Below, one piece after another: positions 18,223 to 26,015 of a DNA stretch of 32,000 nucleotides. Origin of the DNA: Patescibacteria group bacterium (GTDB lineage Bacteria; Patescibacteriota; Minisyncoccia; UBA6257; HR35). The stretch's first letter is position 1; every line of letters starts with the position of its first letter. Where the stretch lies: NCBI GenBank assembly GCA_030549845.1, contig JAUQQN010000001.1:90001-122000 (forward strand), read 5' to 3'. The notes under the pieces were generated by a model. That model did no database searches and was not told the origin of the DNA. It saw only the letters and a program-made list of their open reading frames with translations. A program made the translations under genes and the position numbers.

Positions 18223-18531
18223 TTAGTCAAATGTTTTTTGGCACTTTTTGCATTTTCTCTTTTTAATATCATTTATAAACGTATAACCTATTTTTGTTGG
18301 CTTTTTACATAATGGACATATTAATTTTACTTTACTTACATGCAAAGGAGCAGGTTTTTCAATTATTTCTCCTTTTTCCCCTGCTCTTTTTGGTTTTAAA
18401 TGTTTTTTAACTAAATTTAAACCTTCAACTATAATTCGGTTTTCTTTCGGCAATGCCTTAATAACTTTACCAGTTTTTCCTTTGTCTTTTCCTTTTATTA
18501 TTAAAACTGTATCTCCTTTTTTGATTTTCAT
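18223..18531 (-). CDS. rplX: 50S ribosomal protein L24 with a Cys4 C-terminal ribbon
   Basis: MKIKKGDTVLIIKGKDKGKTGKV (KOW motif). C-terminus reads CPLCKK...CKKCQ. Confidence 0.9.
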   Translation of the reverse strand: MKIKKGDTVLIIKGKDKGKTGKVIKALPKENRIIVEGLNLVKKHLKPKRAGEKGEIIEKPAPLHVSKVKLICPLCKKPTKIGYTFINDIKKRKCKKCQKTFD

Positions 18532-18534
18532 TTT

Positions 18535-18903
18535 TTATACTAATTCTTCTGCTAAATTCGCTATTTTATCAAATCCTTTTTCTTTAATTTCTCTTGGAAT
18601 GGGACCAAATATTCTGTTGCCTAAAGGTTCTTTTTCACCTTTTAATAAAACAACAGCATTTTCTTCAAATCTTATCCAAGTGCCATCTTTTCTTAAAAAT
18701 GGCCTTTTTTGTCTAACTACTACACCTCTTACAACCTGACCTTTTTCAACTGATTTACCTGGTTCAGCTTCTTTTACAGAACAAATGACAATATCTCCAA
18801 TTTGTGCATAATTTCTATTCCCTACTCCTTTAAATCCTATACACATAAGCTTTAAAGCTCCGCTATTATCTGCAGGTTTTAAAATTGTTCTTGGCCTTAT
18901 CAT
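18535..18903 (-). CDS. rplN: 50S ribosomal protein L14
   Basis: [22 protein letters not shown] motif; synteny. Confidence 0.95.
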   Translation of the reverse strand: MIRPRTILKPADNSGALKLMCIGFKGVGNRNYAQIGDIVICSVKEAEPGKSVEKGQVVRGVVVRQKRPFLRKDGTWIRFEENAVVLLKGEKEPLGNRIFGPIPREIKEKGFDKIANLAEELV

Positions 18904-19148
18904 TGTTCTTTTCTTTTAATAATCTTAACTAATCTCCATCTTTTTAATTTAGAAAGTGGTCTTGTTTCTTCAATTAACACTTCATCTCCCACTTTTGCTT
19001 CATTTTTTTCATCATGAACATAATACTTTGTTCTATGCTTTATATATTTTTTATACAATGGATGCATTCTTAAGGTTTCACTTATCACTACAATAGTTTT
19101 TTGCATTTTGTCTGAAATTACTTTACCTATTACTCTTTTGCGGGGCAT
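18900..19148 (-). CDS. rpsQ: 30S ribosomal protein S17
   Basis: [14 protein letters not shown]...[19 protein letters not shown] motif; synteny. Confidence 0.9.
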   Translation of the reverse strand: MPRKRVIGKVISDKMQKTIVVISETLRMHPLYKKYIKHRTKYYVHDEKNEAKVGDEVLIEETRPLSKLKRWRLVKIIKRKEQ

Positions 19149-19338
19149 CTTCTTTTCTTTTTTCGTTAATTACGGTTAAAATTCTTGCTATATTTTTTCT
19201 AGTCATTTTAATAAGATGGGTTTGTTTTAATTTCCCTAATTCTTTCTCAATCCTTAAATTAAACAACCTTTTCCTTTCTTCTTCTAGAAGCTTAAACAGT
19301 TCAGGTAATGTTTTTTTTCTTAAATCAGATGCTTTCAT
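19123..19338 (-). CDS. rpmC: 50S ribosomal protein L29
   Basis: [29 protein letters not shown] motif. Sits between rplP and rpsQ, with a 26-nt overlap with rpsQ. Confidence 0.85.
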   Translation of the reverse strand: MKASDLRKKTLPELFKLLEEERKRLFNLRIEKELGKLKQTHLIKMTRKNIARILTVINEKRKEDAPQKSNR

Positions 19339-19747
19339 CTTTAGTTACAATTTTTGTTTTAATTGGTAATTTATAACTTGCGGCTTTTAATGCTGAAATT
19401 GCCAATTCTTTATCTTTGCTTTCTACTTCAAACAAAATGCTTCCTGGTCTTACAAGTGTTGCATAGTGATCTATATCTCCTTTCCCTCCTCCCATTCTTA
19501 CTCCTTCTGGTTTTTTTGTTCTTGTTATATGAGGAAATATCCTTAACCACATTCTTCCCTTTTTACCTAATATCCTTTTAATTTCTTTAATACAAGCTTC
19601 AATTTGGCTATCTTTCAAATAAGATGCTTCCAAGCTTTTAAGGCCAGCAATTCCAAAATTCAAATCAAAACCTTTGGTTATTATCTCTCTATTAAGCGAC
19701 TTACCCTTTCTCCATTTTCTATGTTTTAACTTCTTTGGTTGTAACAT
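19325..19747 (-). CDS. rplP: 50S ribosomal protein L16
   Basis: MLQPKKLKHRKWRKGK...RMGGGKGDIDHYA motif; synteny. Confidence 0.95.
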   Translation of the reverse strand: MLQPKKLKHRKWRKGKSLNREIITKGFDLNFGIAGLKSLEASYLKDSQIEACIKEIKRILGKKGRMWLRIFPHITRTKKPEGVRMGGGKGDIDHYATLVRPGSILFEVESKDKELAISALKAASYKLPIKTKIVTKDESI

Positions 19748-19750
19748 TTT

Positions 19751-20425
19751 TTAACTTTCTTTAATTTCTTTTGATTCTCCTTTATAAAGCCAAACTTTTA
19801 TTCCAATTATTCCATACTTTGTTAAAGCTTCTGCAAAAGCATAATCAATTTTTGCTCTTAAGGTAGTAAGAGGCATCCTACCCCAACTTAACATTTCAGA
19901 TCTATGAATATTTGCTCCACCTAATCTTCCTGACACTCTAATTTTTACTCCTTTAACTTCTTTATTCTGTTTTGCTTTCTCTATTATTTTTTTCATTACA
20001 GCTCTTACAGATTTATTTTTCTCTATATCTATGGCAGCAACTTGAGCAAGATAGGCAGCATATGTTGTGGGTTTTTTAACTTCTTCAATAATTATTTCTG
20101 TGGCTGGTTCAGGGATGTTATATTTAGAAAAGTGTTCCTTTAATTCTTTTTTTATTTTCTCTTGTAACGCTTTTAATTTTTGCCCTTCTCTTCCTATCAA
20201 AATACCAGGCCTTGCAGTTTTTATTATTATTTTGCAGTGTTCAGGATCTTTTCTTTCGATAATTACGTCTATTATCCCACTTTTTTTGTATTTCTCATTT
20301 ATTATTCTCCTAATAATAAAATCAGCCTCTAAAAATACTCGATAATTTTTACGAAAGAACCATCTAGACTTCCAATACTCGTTTATGCCTAATCTCAGTA
20401 CATATGGTGAAACTTTATGACCCAT
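19751..20425 (-). CDS. rpsC: 30S ribosomal protein S3
   Basis: MGHKVSPYVLRLGINEYWKSRWF and a KH domain with GILIGREGQKL; synteny. Confidence 0.95.
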   Translation of the reverse strand: MGHKVSPYVLRLGINEYWKSRWFFRKNYRVFLEADFIIRRIINEKYKKSGIIDVIIERKDPEHCKIIIKTARPGILIGREGQKLKALQEKIKKELKEHFSKYNIPEPATEIIIEEVKKPTTYAAYLAQVAAIDIEKNKSVRAVMKKIIEKAKQNKEVKGVKIRVSGRLGGANIHRSEMLSWGRMPLTTLRAKIDYAFAEALTKYGIIGIKVWLYKGESKEIKES

Positions 20426-20426
20426 T

Positions 20427-20759
20427 TTATTTTTGACCTAAAATTAATTGGACATGAGATGTTCTTTTAACAATGGTACCTACATGTCCCCTTGACATTG
20501 GGTAATATCTTTTAAATTTAGGCCCTTCATTAACTATTATATTCTTTATATAAAGTTCCTCTTTCTTTAAATTTTTTTGTTTTTCGGCAACATCAATAGC
20601 ATGCTTTAACAATTTTAATAAAGGCTTTGCACTTCTTTTATTCAAAACCATCAGGATTTTTTCTGCTTTTTCTACGGATAATCCCTTTAATGCTTTAGCA
20701 ACAACTCTAACCTTTCTTGGGGCTATATTTAATTTTTTTAATATAACACTTACCTCCAT
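20427..20759 (-). CDS. rplV: 50S ribosomal protein L22
   Basis: LNIAPRKVRVVAKALKG...GPKFKRYYPMSRGHVGTIVKRTSH motif; synteny. Confidence 0.9.
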   Translation of the reverse strand: MEVSVILKKLNIAPRKVRVVAKALKGLSVEKAEKILMVLNKRSAKPLLKLLKHAIDVAEKQKNLKKEELYIKNIIVNEGPKFKRYYPMSRGHVGTIVKRTSHVQLILGQK

Positions 20760-20760
20760 A

Positions 20761-21078
20761 TTACTTGACTGCTTCTTTTGATAATTTTCGCTCTAATTCT
20801 CTTTGCAATTTACCACCATGTTTTATAAACTTCCTAGTAGGTGCAAATTCTCCTAATCTATGACCCACCATATCTTCTAAAACTTTTACTTTGATAAATT
20901 GTTTACCATTATGAACTTCGAAAACCATACCTACCATTTCTGGTAAAATCATAGAGTCCCTTGACCAAGTTCTTATTGGATACCTGTCTCTCTCTTCGAT
21001 TGGCAATTCTAAAAGTTTCTTAACTTTTTTTAATAACTTAGGATGTACATATGGGCCCTTTTTTGAACTTCTTCCCAT
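20761..21078 (-). CDS. rpsS: 30S ribosomal protein S19
   Basis: [16 protein letters not shown]...[30 protein letters not shown] motif; synteny. Confidence 0.95.
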   Translation of the reverse strand: MGRSSKKGPYVHPKLLKKVKKLLELPIEERDRYPIRTWSRDSMILPEMVGMVFEVHNGKQFIKVKVLEDMVGHRLGEFAPTRKFIKHGGKLQRELERKLSKEAVK

Positions 21079-21079
21079 T

Positions 21080-21916
21080 TTATTTTCTTCTTTTTATTAT
21101 TAATTTAGTATATGGATTTCTCCTTCTTCTTGTCTTTCTACCACCGGTAACTTTACCCCATTTAGTTTTTGGTCTTCTTGTACCTCTAGGTGATTTGCCC
21201 TCACCTCCACCATAAGGGTGATCTCTTGCATTCATTGCGCTTCCTCTTACATTTGGCCTGAAACCCTTCCAAATCTTTCTACCTGCCTTTCCTAATCTTA
21301 TATTTTTATGATCAGAATTGGAAACCCTTCCTATAGTAGCGTAGCACTCTTTTGAAACTTTTCTTATTTCATTAGATGGCAATTTAATCATTGCATATTT
21401 CTCATCAGTACCCATCATAACACCAAAACTACCTGCAGATCTTATTAATTTCCCTCCGCTTCCAGGAGTTAATTCAATCTCAAAGATTTCAGTCCCTGGT
21501 AAAATATTTTTTAATGGCAATCTATTTCCTATTTTTAAAGGAGCTGACTCTGAACAAATTATTTCATCTCCAACTTTAATTCCTTCTGGCGCTAAATGAT
21601 ATCTTCTTTCTCCATCTTTGTAACAAACAAGCATCACAAATGCAGTTCTATTTGGATCATATTCAATAGTTTCAACTTTTGCTGGAATATCCTTTTTATC
21701 TAATCTTGAAAAATCTATAACCCTATATAATCGTCTATGCTCAGGATTTTTTCTAAATCTTGTTGTAATTCTTCCATATGCATTTCTTGCAGTTCTTTTT
21801 TTTATTGACTTCAACAAAGGCTTGTAAGGTTCATCTGTTGTCAATACTTTTTTATAATCAACTAATATTGTCACTCTTTTACCTGGTCCTCTTGATTTTA
21901 TTACTTTTAATGGCAT
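21080..21916 (-). CDS. rplB: 50S ribosomal protein L2
   Basis: [22 protein letters not shown] motif, 278 aa. First ribosomal protein gene of the cluster in this window. Confidence 0.95.
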   Translation of the reverse strand: MPLKVIKSRGPGKRVTILVDYKKVLTTDEPYKPLLKSIKKRTARNAYGRITTRFRKNPEHRRLYRVIDFSRLDKKDIPAKVETIEYDPNRTAFVMLVCYKDGERRYHLAPEGIKVGDEIICSESAPLKIGNRLPLKNILPGTEIFEIELTPGSGGKLIRSAGSFGVMMGTDEKYAMIKLPSNEIRKVSKECYATIGRVSNSDHKNIRLGKAGRKIWKGFRPNVRGSAMNARDHPYGGGEGKSPRGTRRPKTKWGKVTGGRKTRRRRNPYTKLIIKRRK

Positions 21917-22017
21917 TTTTGTAAAAAATTAATACAAAAATAAAACTAATTTCCCAAATAAATTTTCATTTTATGGCAATTAATTATAATTTTAGCACAA
22001 ATTAAAAAAAATTTAAG

Positions 22018-22091
22018 CGGGGGAGGCAGGATTCGAACCTGCAACCTGCGGTTTTGGAGACCGCCGCTCTGCCAATTAGAGCTACTCCCCC
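22018..22091 (-). tRNA. trnW: tRNA-Trp (anticodon CCA), no encoded 3' CCA
   Basis: Hand-folded cloverleaf: acceptor GGGGGAG/CTCCCCC, D-arm GCTC/GAGC, anticodon stem GCGGT/ACCGC with loop CTCCAAA, T-arm GCAGG-TTCGAAT-CCTGC, discriminator G. Confidence 0.9.
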
Positions 22092-22099
22092 TAAGGAAG

Positions 22100-22128
22100 A
22101 TTATAACAAAAATATTAGGGGGAGGCAA
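22100..22128 (-). promoter_or_regulatory. Candidate sigma70-type promoter for tRNA-Trp (and possibly the rplB cluster)
   Basis: On the minus strand: -35 TTGCCT (22128-22123), 17-nt spacer, extended -10 TGTTATAAT (22108-22100). The -10 box ends 8 nt before the tRNA 5' end. Confidence 0.45.
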
Positions 22129-22143
22129 TTAGCCTCCCCCTAA
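22115..22143 (-). terminator. Rho-independent terminator-like hairpin downstream of the 576-aa gene
   Basis: Perfect 12-bp stem TTAGGGGGAGGC / GCCTCCCCCTAA with a 5-nt loop. On the minus strand it is followed by TATTTTTGTT. It is the only strongly GC-rich hairpin I saw in an intergenic region here. Confidence 0.6.
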
Positions 22144-22178
22144 ATACACTAAAACAACTCTTTCAAATAATATTACAG

Positions 22179-23909
22179 TTATTTCATTAATCCTTGAAGT
22201 ATATTCCCCAAAAGCTGAAGTAATAATTTCATATTTTCATCCTCTAAACCTACACCTGGAGCTTTTCTAGGAGCTGGTGGAAAGTGCTGATCTATATCGC
22301 GAGGGAGAATAAATGAATATTTCAATTCTTCTCTGCCTGTAAATCTTTCTGATGGAATATAGTTCCAATTTATATTAACAACCATCTTTCTTCCCCAGCC
22401 AAAATTATTACCAAAGGCCCTTATATTGTTGCAGATCATTATTTGATTTTTATTTCGAGAAAGATCGAAGTATAAAGTACCATAACATCTATCCATAGTT
22501 AATTTCCCAGTAGATTGGACTGTCTTTTTAGGATCAAACTTTAGCACTAAAAAGCCCCATTCCGCTGGATGTCCAAATTTCTTTATTAAACTATCAACAT
22601 CTCTTGGGCAAGTCCCATTGCAATCTTTAGTAATTTGTTTCTTTTGGCCGCTTGGATGCTCCAAACCAACATTTATTTTATTAAATCTCCCTGTAAATGA
22701 TGTGAAAAATACAGATACTTCTTTTGTAGAAGGATCAACATACCAGACTAATGCAGGATATTCTTCTGCACCAACTGTTGCTTCTGATTTTGCATTTGGA
22801 TAATAAGGAAGATGAATTGCATATCTATGAGATTTATCAGTTCCTGTGCTTTTAATTTTTAAGTCAGGAGCTTCAATACTTGTAAATTCTACTGAGAAGT
22901 AACCTTGATTATATGGATAATCTTTATCTTGATAGTCATAAGTATCTACATAAAACTCTACAGTGTGAGTCCCATTAACATCTGATAAAACTACATCAAT
23001 ACTTGGAGATAAATATTGCATAGAGGATGTCGAAGGAGTTCCTTTAATATTTTGATCTACTAAAACATACACATTTTTCACCTTAGCTTCTAGATTAAAT
23101 TTAAGGCTTAATCTAACATTATTTTGTTCAAAATTTTTGCCAACAAAAATAAATTGATCTACTTTATAATCTTTAAGCCCTCCGTCTAATCTTCTAACTT
23201 CTTGGGTCCTTATTTGAGGTATTATTTCAAGTTTTGGTTTTGGTTTTCCTTTTTCAATTAAAACAACTTTTTTAGCTATACCTTGTGAAAATCTTACTAA
23301 AACTATATTCCCTTCTTGTAACACTTCATTTGGCTTTAGGCTACTCCCTTTTGTATTTTCAAATTTAGTTTTTTGATTAAATTTAATAATAGGACCATTA
23401 ACAAGCTTAAAATAATTTCCTCCTACATTTTCTATTTCACCATCCCTATAGTTTTCATCAGGAGATAGAACTAATTTAAATTGCTTTATAGAGATATCGC
23501 TTCCTATCACTTTTATTGATCTACTTTCTTCAAATTTTGCTGGTAAACTTTGAAATTCAAATAAATCATCAGGCAAAGCAGCCCAAGCCATTCTCAAAAA
23601 TTCTTGACTATATGAGGAAGTTCCAAATGGTATTAATGATTCCTGAAGAGGTATAGAAACATTCAACATTCTCCATTCTTTTGATTTTGGATTATTTGGC
23701 TCTTCAAATACTACACCTAAAGAAAAATTAACATCTTTTTCACCATAAGATATTGCTTTAAGAAAACCTTTCCCTGATATTATAACATTATCAACATTAG
23801 AAATATATCTATCAATTAAAAGATAAGAGCCTTTATAAGTTTGGGCAATAACTATTGAACCCATCAAAAGGATTGCAGATAATGATAAAATATAAATTAA
23901 TTTTTTCAT
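22179..23909 (-). CDS. Secreted protein of unknown function (576 aa) with Sec signal peptide
   Basis: Signal peptide MKKLIYILSLSAILLMGSIVIA|Q. No motif I recognise. Has its own 175-nt upstream region and its own terminator hairpin. Confidence 0.7.
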   Translation of the reverse strand: MKKLIYILSLSAILLMGSIVIAQTYKGSYLLIDRYISNVDNVIISGKGFLKAISYGEKDVNFSLGVVFEEPNNPKSKEWRMLNVSIPLQESLIPFGTSSYSQEFLRMAWAALPDDLFEFQSLPAKFEESRSIKVIGSDISIKQFKLVLSPDENYRDGEIENVGGNYFKLVNGPIIKFNQKTKFENTKGSSLKPNEVLQEGNIVLVRFSQGIAKKVVLIEKGKPKPKLEIIPQIRTQEVRRLDGGLKDYKVDQFIFVGKNFEQNNVRLSLKFNLEAKVKNVYVLVDQNIKGTPSTSSMQYLSPSIDVVLSDVNGTHTVEFYVDTYDYQDKDYPYNQGYFSVEFTSIEAPDLKIKSTGTDKSHRYAIHLPYYPNAKSEATVGAEEYPALVWYVDPSTKEVSVFFTSFTGRFNKINVGLEHPSGQKKQITKDCNGTCPRDVDSLIKKFGHPAEWGFLVLKFDPKKTVQSTGKLTMDRCYGTLYFDLSRNKNQIMICNNIRAFGNNFGWGRKMVVNINWNYIPSERFTGREELKYSFILPRDIDQHFPPAPRKAPGVGLEDENMKLLLQLLGNILQGLMK

Positions 23910-24084
23910 TTACTTAATTTTTTAATTTTAATAACGACCTTTTAATATTTAATAAATTTTAAAAAAATTTACTAGGTCAATATCTGTTCCTGTAAAATTT
24001 TGATAATATTTTTTATTGGTTTTTAGTATTTTATCCACAACTGTACTATTTTTAATATAACAAAATAATTAACTAATTTAAAAC

Positions 24085-25497
24085 CTATTTCTCTTTAATA
24101 TCTATACCTAATTCATCTAATTGTGCCTTATCTACCTCGGATGGAATTTCCATCATTGGGTCTCTGCCTTCCCCTGTTTTAGGAAATGCTATAACTTCTC
24201 TTATTGAAGGTTCATTTAATAAAATTGTTAAAATTCTATCTATTCCTAAAGCAATTCCTCCATGAGGAGGAACACCATATTTAAAAGCTTCGATTAAGTG
24301 TCCAAATTTCTCCAAAACTTCTTCTTTTTTGTTACCCATTGTTTCAAAAACTTTTATCAAAACCTCAGGATCATGAGTTCTTATACTTCCTCCTCCAATT
24401 TCAAACCCATTTAAAACTACATCATATTGCTCACTTAATAATTCTTCTGGCTTATTTTCCAAATATTCTATCAATACAGACCGCTCTTTGCTTCCTGATC
24501 TTGTTTTTGGTTGTGTAAAAGGATGGTGCATCGCATCCCATCTATTTTCTGTTTCTTTCCATTCAAACATAGGAAAGTCAATAATAAAAGCAAATGCTAA
24601 TTCGTGATGGTTATTTTTATTTTCTCGCAAGTCAGGTTTATCGGAGTTATATTTTTGCATAACTTCTTCATAAGTTAAATGCGGGAAAGGAATTTCTTTT
24701 ATTTTCTTTTCAGGAAATATGGTTTTTACAAGCTCAATTAAAAGTTCTTCAACTAAAGTTAAAATATCTTCTTTTTCAATAAAGCTCATCTCGATATCTA
24801 CTTGTGTAAATTCAGGTTGTCTATCTCCTCTTGGATCTTCATCCCTAAAGCATCTTGCAATTTGGAAATATTTTTCTATGCCTGCAACCATTAAAAGTTG
24901 TTTATATTGCTGAGGAGATTGAGGTAAAGCATAAAATTTTCCTTTATATATTCTTGATGGAACTAAATAATCTCGTGCTCCCTCAGGTGTTGATTTTGTT
25001 AGAATTGGAGTCTCTACCTCAATAAACCCTTTGTTAATCAAAAAGTTTCTTATGAAATTAATAGCTTTGCTTCTTATCATTAGATTTCTCTGCATTCTTT
25101 TTCTTCTTAAATCAATGTAACGATATTTCAATCTTCTTTCTTCATTTATTTCGTAGCCATCAGTATCGATGGGAATAGGCAAAGTTTCTGCTTTATTTAA
25201 TATTTCGATTTTTTCAACTAATATTTCAATTTCTCCAGTTTCGATATTTGGATTGACAAACTTTGGATCCCTTTCTTTTACGATTCCTTCTACCTTAATT
25301 ACATATTCAGGTCTAAGCTCCTTTGCTAATTCAAAGTATTCTGAATTAGAGTCGATTACGCATTGAATTAATCCACTTCTATCCCTTAAATCAAAAAAAA
25401 TTATTTTCCCGTGTTCTCTTAGCGAGTTTACCCATCCAAATAACTCTATCTTTTCTCCTATCTTATTTTTTGAATCCAAAACTTCGAATTTTTTCAT
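24085..25497 (-). CDS. aspS: Aspartate--tRNA ligase, bacterial type but lacking the GAD insertion domain
   Basis: OB-fold N-domain; QSPQQYKQLLMVAGIEKYFQIARCFRDEDPRGDRQPEFTQVDIEMSF (bacterial AspRS motif 2 region); GGGSIR; GIALGIDR. 470 aa. Confidence 0.9.
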   Translation of the reverse strand: MKKFEVLDSKNKIGEKIELFGWVNSLREHGKIIFFDLRDRSGLIQCVIDSNSEYFELAKELRPEYVIKVEGIVKERDPKFVNPNIETGEIEILVEKIEILNKAETLPIPIDTDGYEINEERRLKYRYIDLRRKRMQRNLMIRSKAINFIRNFLINKGFIEVETPILTKSTPEGARDYLVPSRIYKGKFYALPQSPQQYKQLLMVAGIEKYFQIARCFRDEDPRGDRQPEFTQVDIEMSFIEKEDILTLVEELLIELVKTIFPEKKIKEIPFPHLTYEEVMQKYNSDKPDLRENKNNHHELAFAFIIDFPMFEWKETENRWDAMHHPFTQPKTRSGSKERSVLIEYLENKPEELLSEQYDVVLNGFEIGGGSIRTHDPEVLIKVFETMGNKKEEVLEKFGHLIEAFKYGVPPHGGIALGIDRILTILLNEPSIREVIAFPKTGEGRDPMMEIPSEVDKAQLDELGIDIKEK

Positions 25498-25531
25498 TTA
25501 AAGTATAATTATAATATAACTTTGTTTTATA

Positions 25532-25843
25532 ATGGAGGAGCAAAAAGGACCTAAGCTTATAGAAGTAAACTGTGGAGAATTTAAAATAAGGGTTTTCTAT
25601 ATAAAAGGCTTAAAACCTGAAACAGAAGTTATTCAAGAAATAATTGAAGAATTAAAAAAGCTAGGAGAAAAAGAGATAGATGACTCAATTTTCATATTTA
25701 AGAAGATTGAAGAAAAGGAAAGAAAGAAATATTATGAGTGTAATATTGTAATTAGAAGGCAAATTAGATATACTTTCACATTGGAATATGATTTAGAATC
25801 TAAAAAGTTGCTTGAAAAAACATATAAAAAAATAGAAGAATAA
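25532..25843 (+). CDS. Small Lys/Glu-rich hypothetical protein (103 aa)
   Basis: The only sizeable ORF in the gap between aspS and the tRNA pair. No recognisable motif. Coding status uncertain. Confidence 0.4.
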   Translation: MEEQKGPKLIEVNCGEFKIRVFYIKGLKPETEVIQEIIEELKKLGEKEIDDSIFIFKKIEEKERKKYYECNIVIRRQIRYTFTLEYDLESKKLLEKTYKKIEE

Positions 25844-25914
25844 TGCGGGGTGGTGTAAGGGTAGCACACGAGGCTCTGGACCTCGTAGTCCTGGTTCGAA
25901 TCCAGGCCCCGCAG
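25844..25914 (+). tRNA. trnQ: tRNA-Gln (anticodon CUG), no encoded CCA
   Basis: Hand fold: acceptor TGCGGGG/CCCCGCA (U1-A72), U8, D-stem GTGT/GCAC, anticodon stem CGAGG/CCTCG with loop CTCTGGA, T-arm CCTGG-TTCGAAT-CCAGG, discriminator G. The U1-A72/G73 combination is typical of bacterial tRNA-Gln. Confidence 0.85.
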
Positions 25915-25919
25915 ATAAA

Positions 25920-25991
25920 GGGCTGGTAGCTCAGCGGAAGAGCGCTCGCTTCGCAGGCGAGAGGTCAGGGGTTCAAATCCCCTCCAGTCCA
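25920..25991 (+). tRNA. trnA: tRNA-Ala (anticodon CGC), no encoded CCA
   Basis: Hand fold: acceptor GGGCTGG/CCAGTCC containing the G3:U70 alanine identity pair, D-arm GCTC/GAGC, anticodon stem CTCGC/GCGAG with loop TTCGCAG, T-arm AGGGG-TTCAAAT-CCCCT, discriminator A. Confidence 0.9.
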
Positions 25992-26015
25992 AATTTTAAT
26001 TTCTTTAAATTTTAC

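Noticed and set aside
19123-19148. 26-nt overlap between rpmC and rpsQ as a possible frameshift or fusion
   Set aside because: Both proteins have canonical N- and C-termini in their own frames. Overlaps of 14-32 nt are common throughout this window.
21946-22128. 60-aa minus-strand ORF (MPPPNIFVIIFLRGSSSNWQSGG...)
   Set aside because: It lies entirely across tRNA-Trp and the adjacent hairpin, so it is an artefact of the structured GC-rich RNA sequence.
24031-24039. Perfect DnaA box TTATCCACA in the 175-nt intergenic region upstream of the 576-aa gene (possible oriC)
   Set aside because: Only one consensus box was seen, with one 2-mismatch relative nearby. There is no dnaA or dnaN context and no cluster of boxes. 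A single 9-mer match in 64 kb of two-strand sequence is expected by chance about a quarter of the time.
22018-24084. Integrated mobile element at tRNA-Trp carrying the 576-aa gene
   Set aside because: No integrase, recombinase or transposase ORF is present. The tRNA-like repeat lies 5' of the tRNA at 23 nt rather than as a distal 3'-end direct repeat. It is retained only as one possible origin of the minihelix hairpin.
25732-25992. 86-aa minus-strand ORF (MDWRGFEPLTSRLRSERS...)
   Set aside because: It is antisense to the tRNA-Gln and tRNA-Ala genes. This is the typical tRNA shadow ORF (GFEPLTS is the reverse reading of a T-arm).
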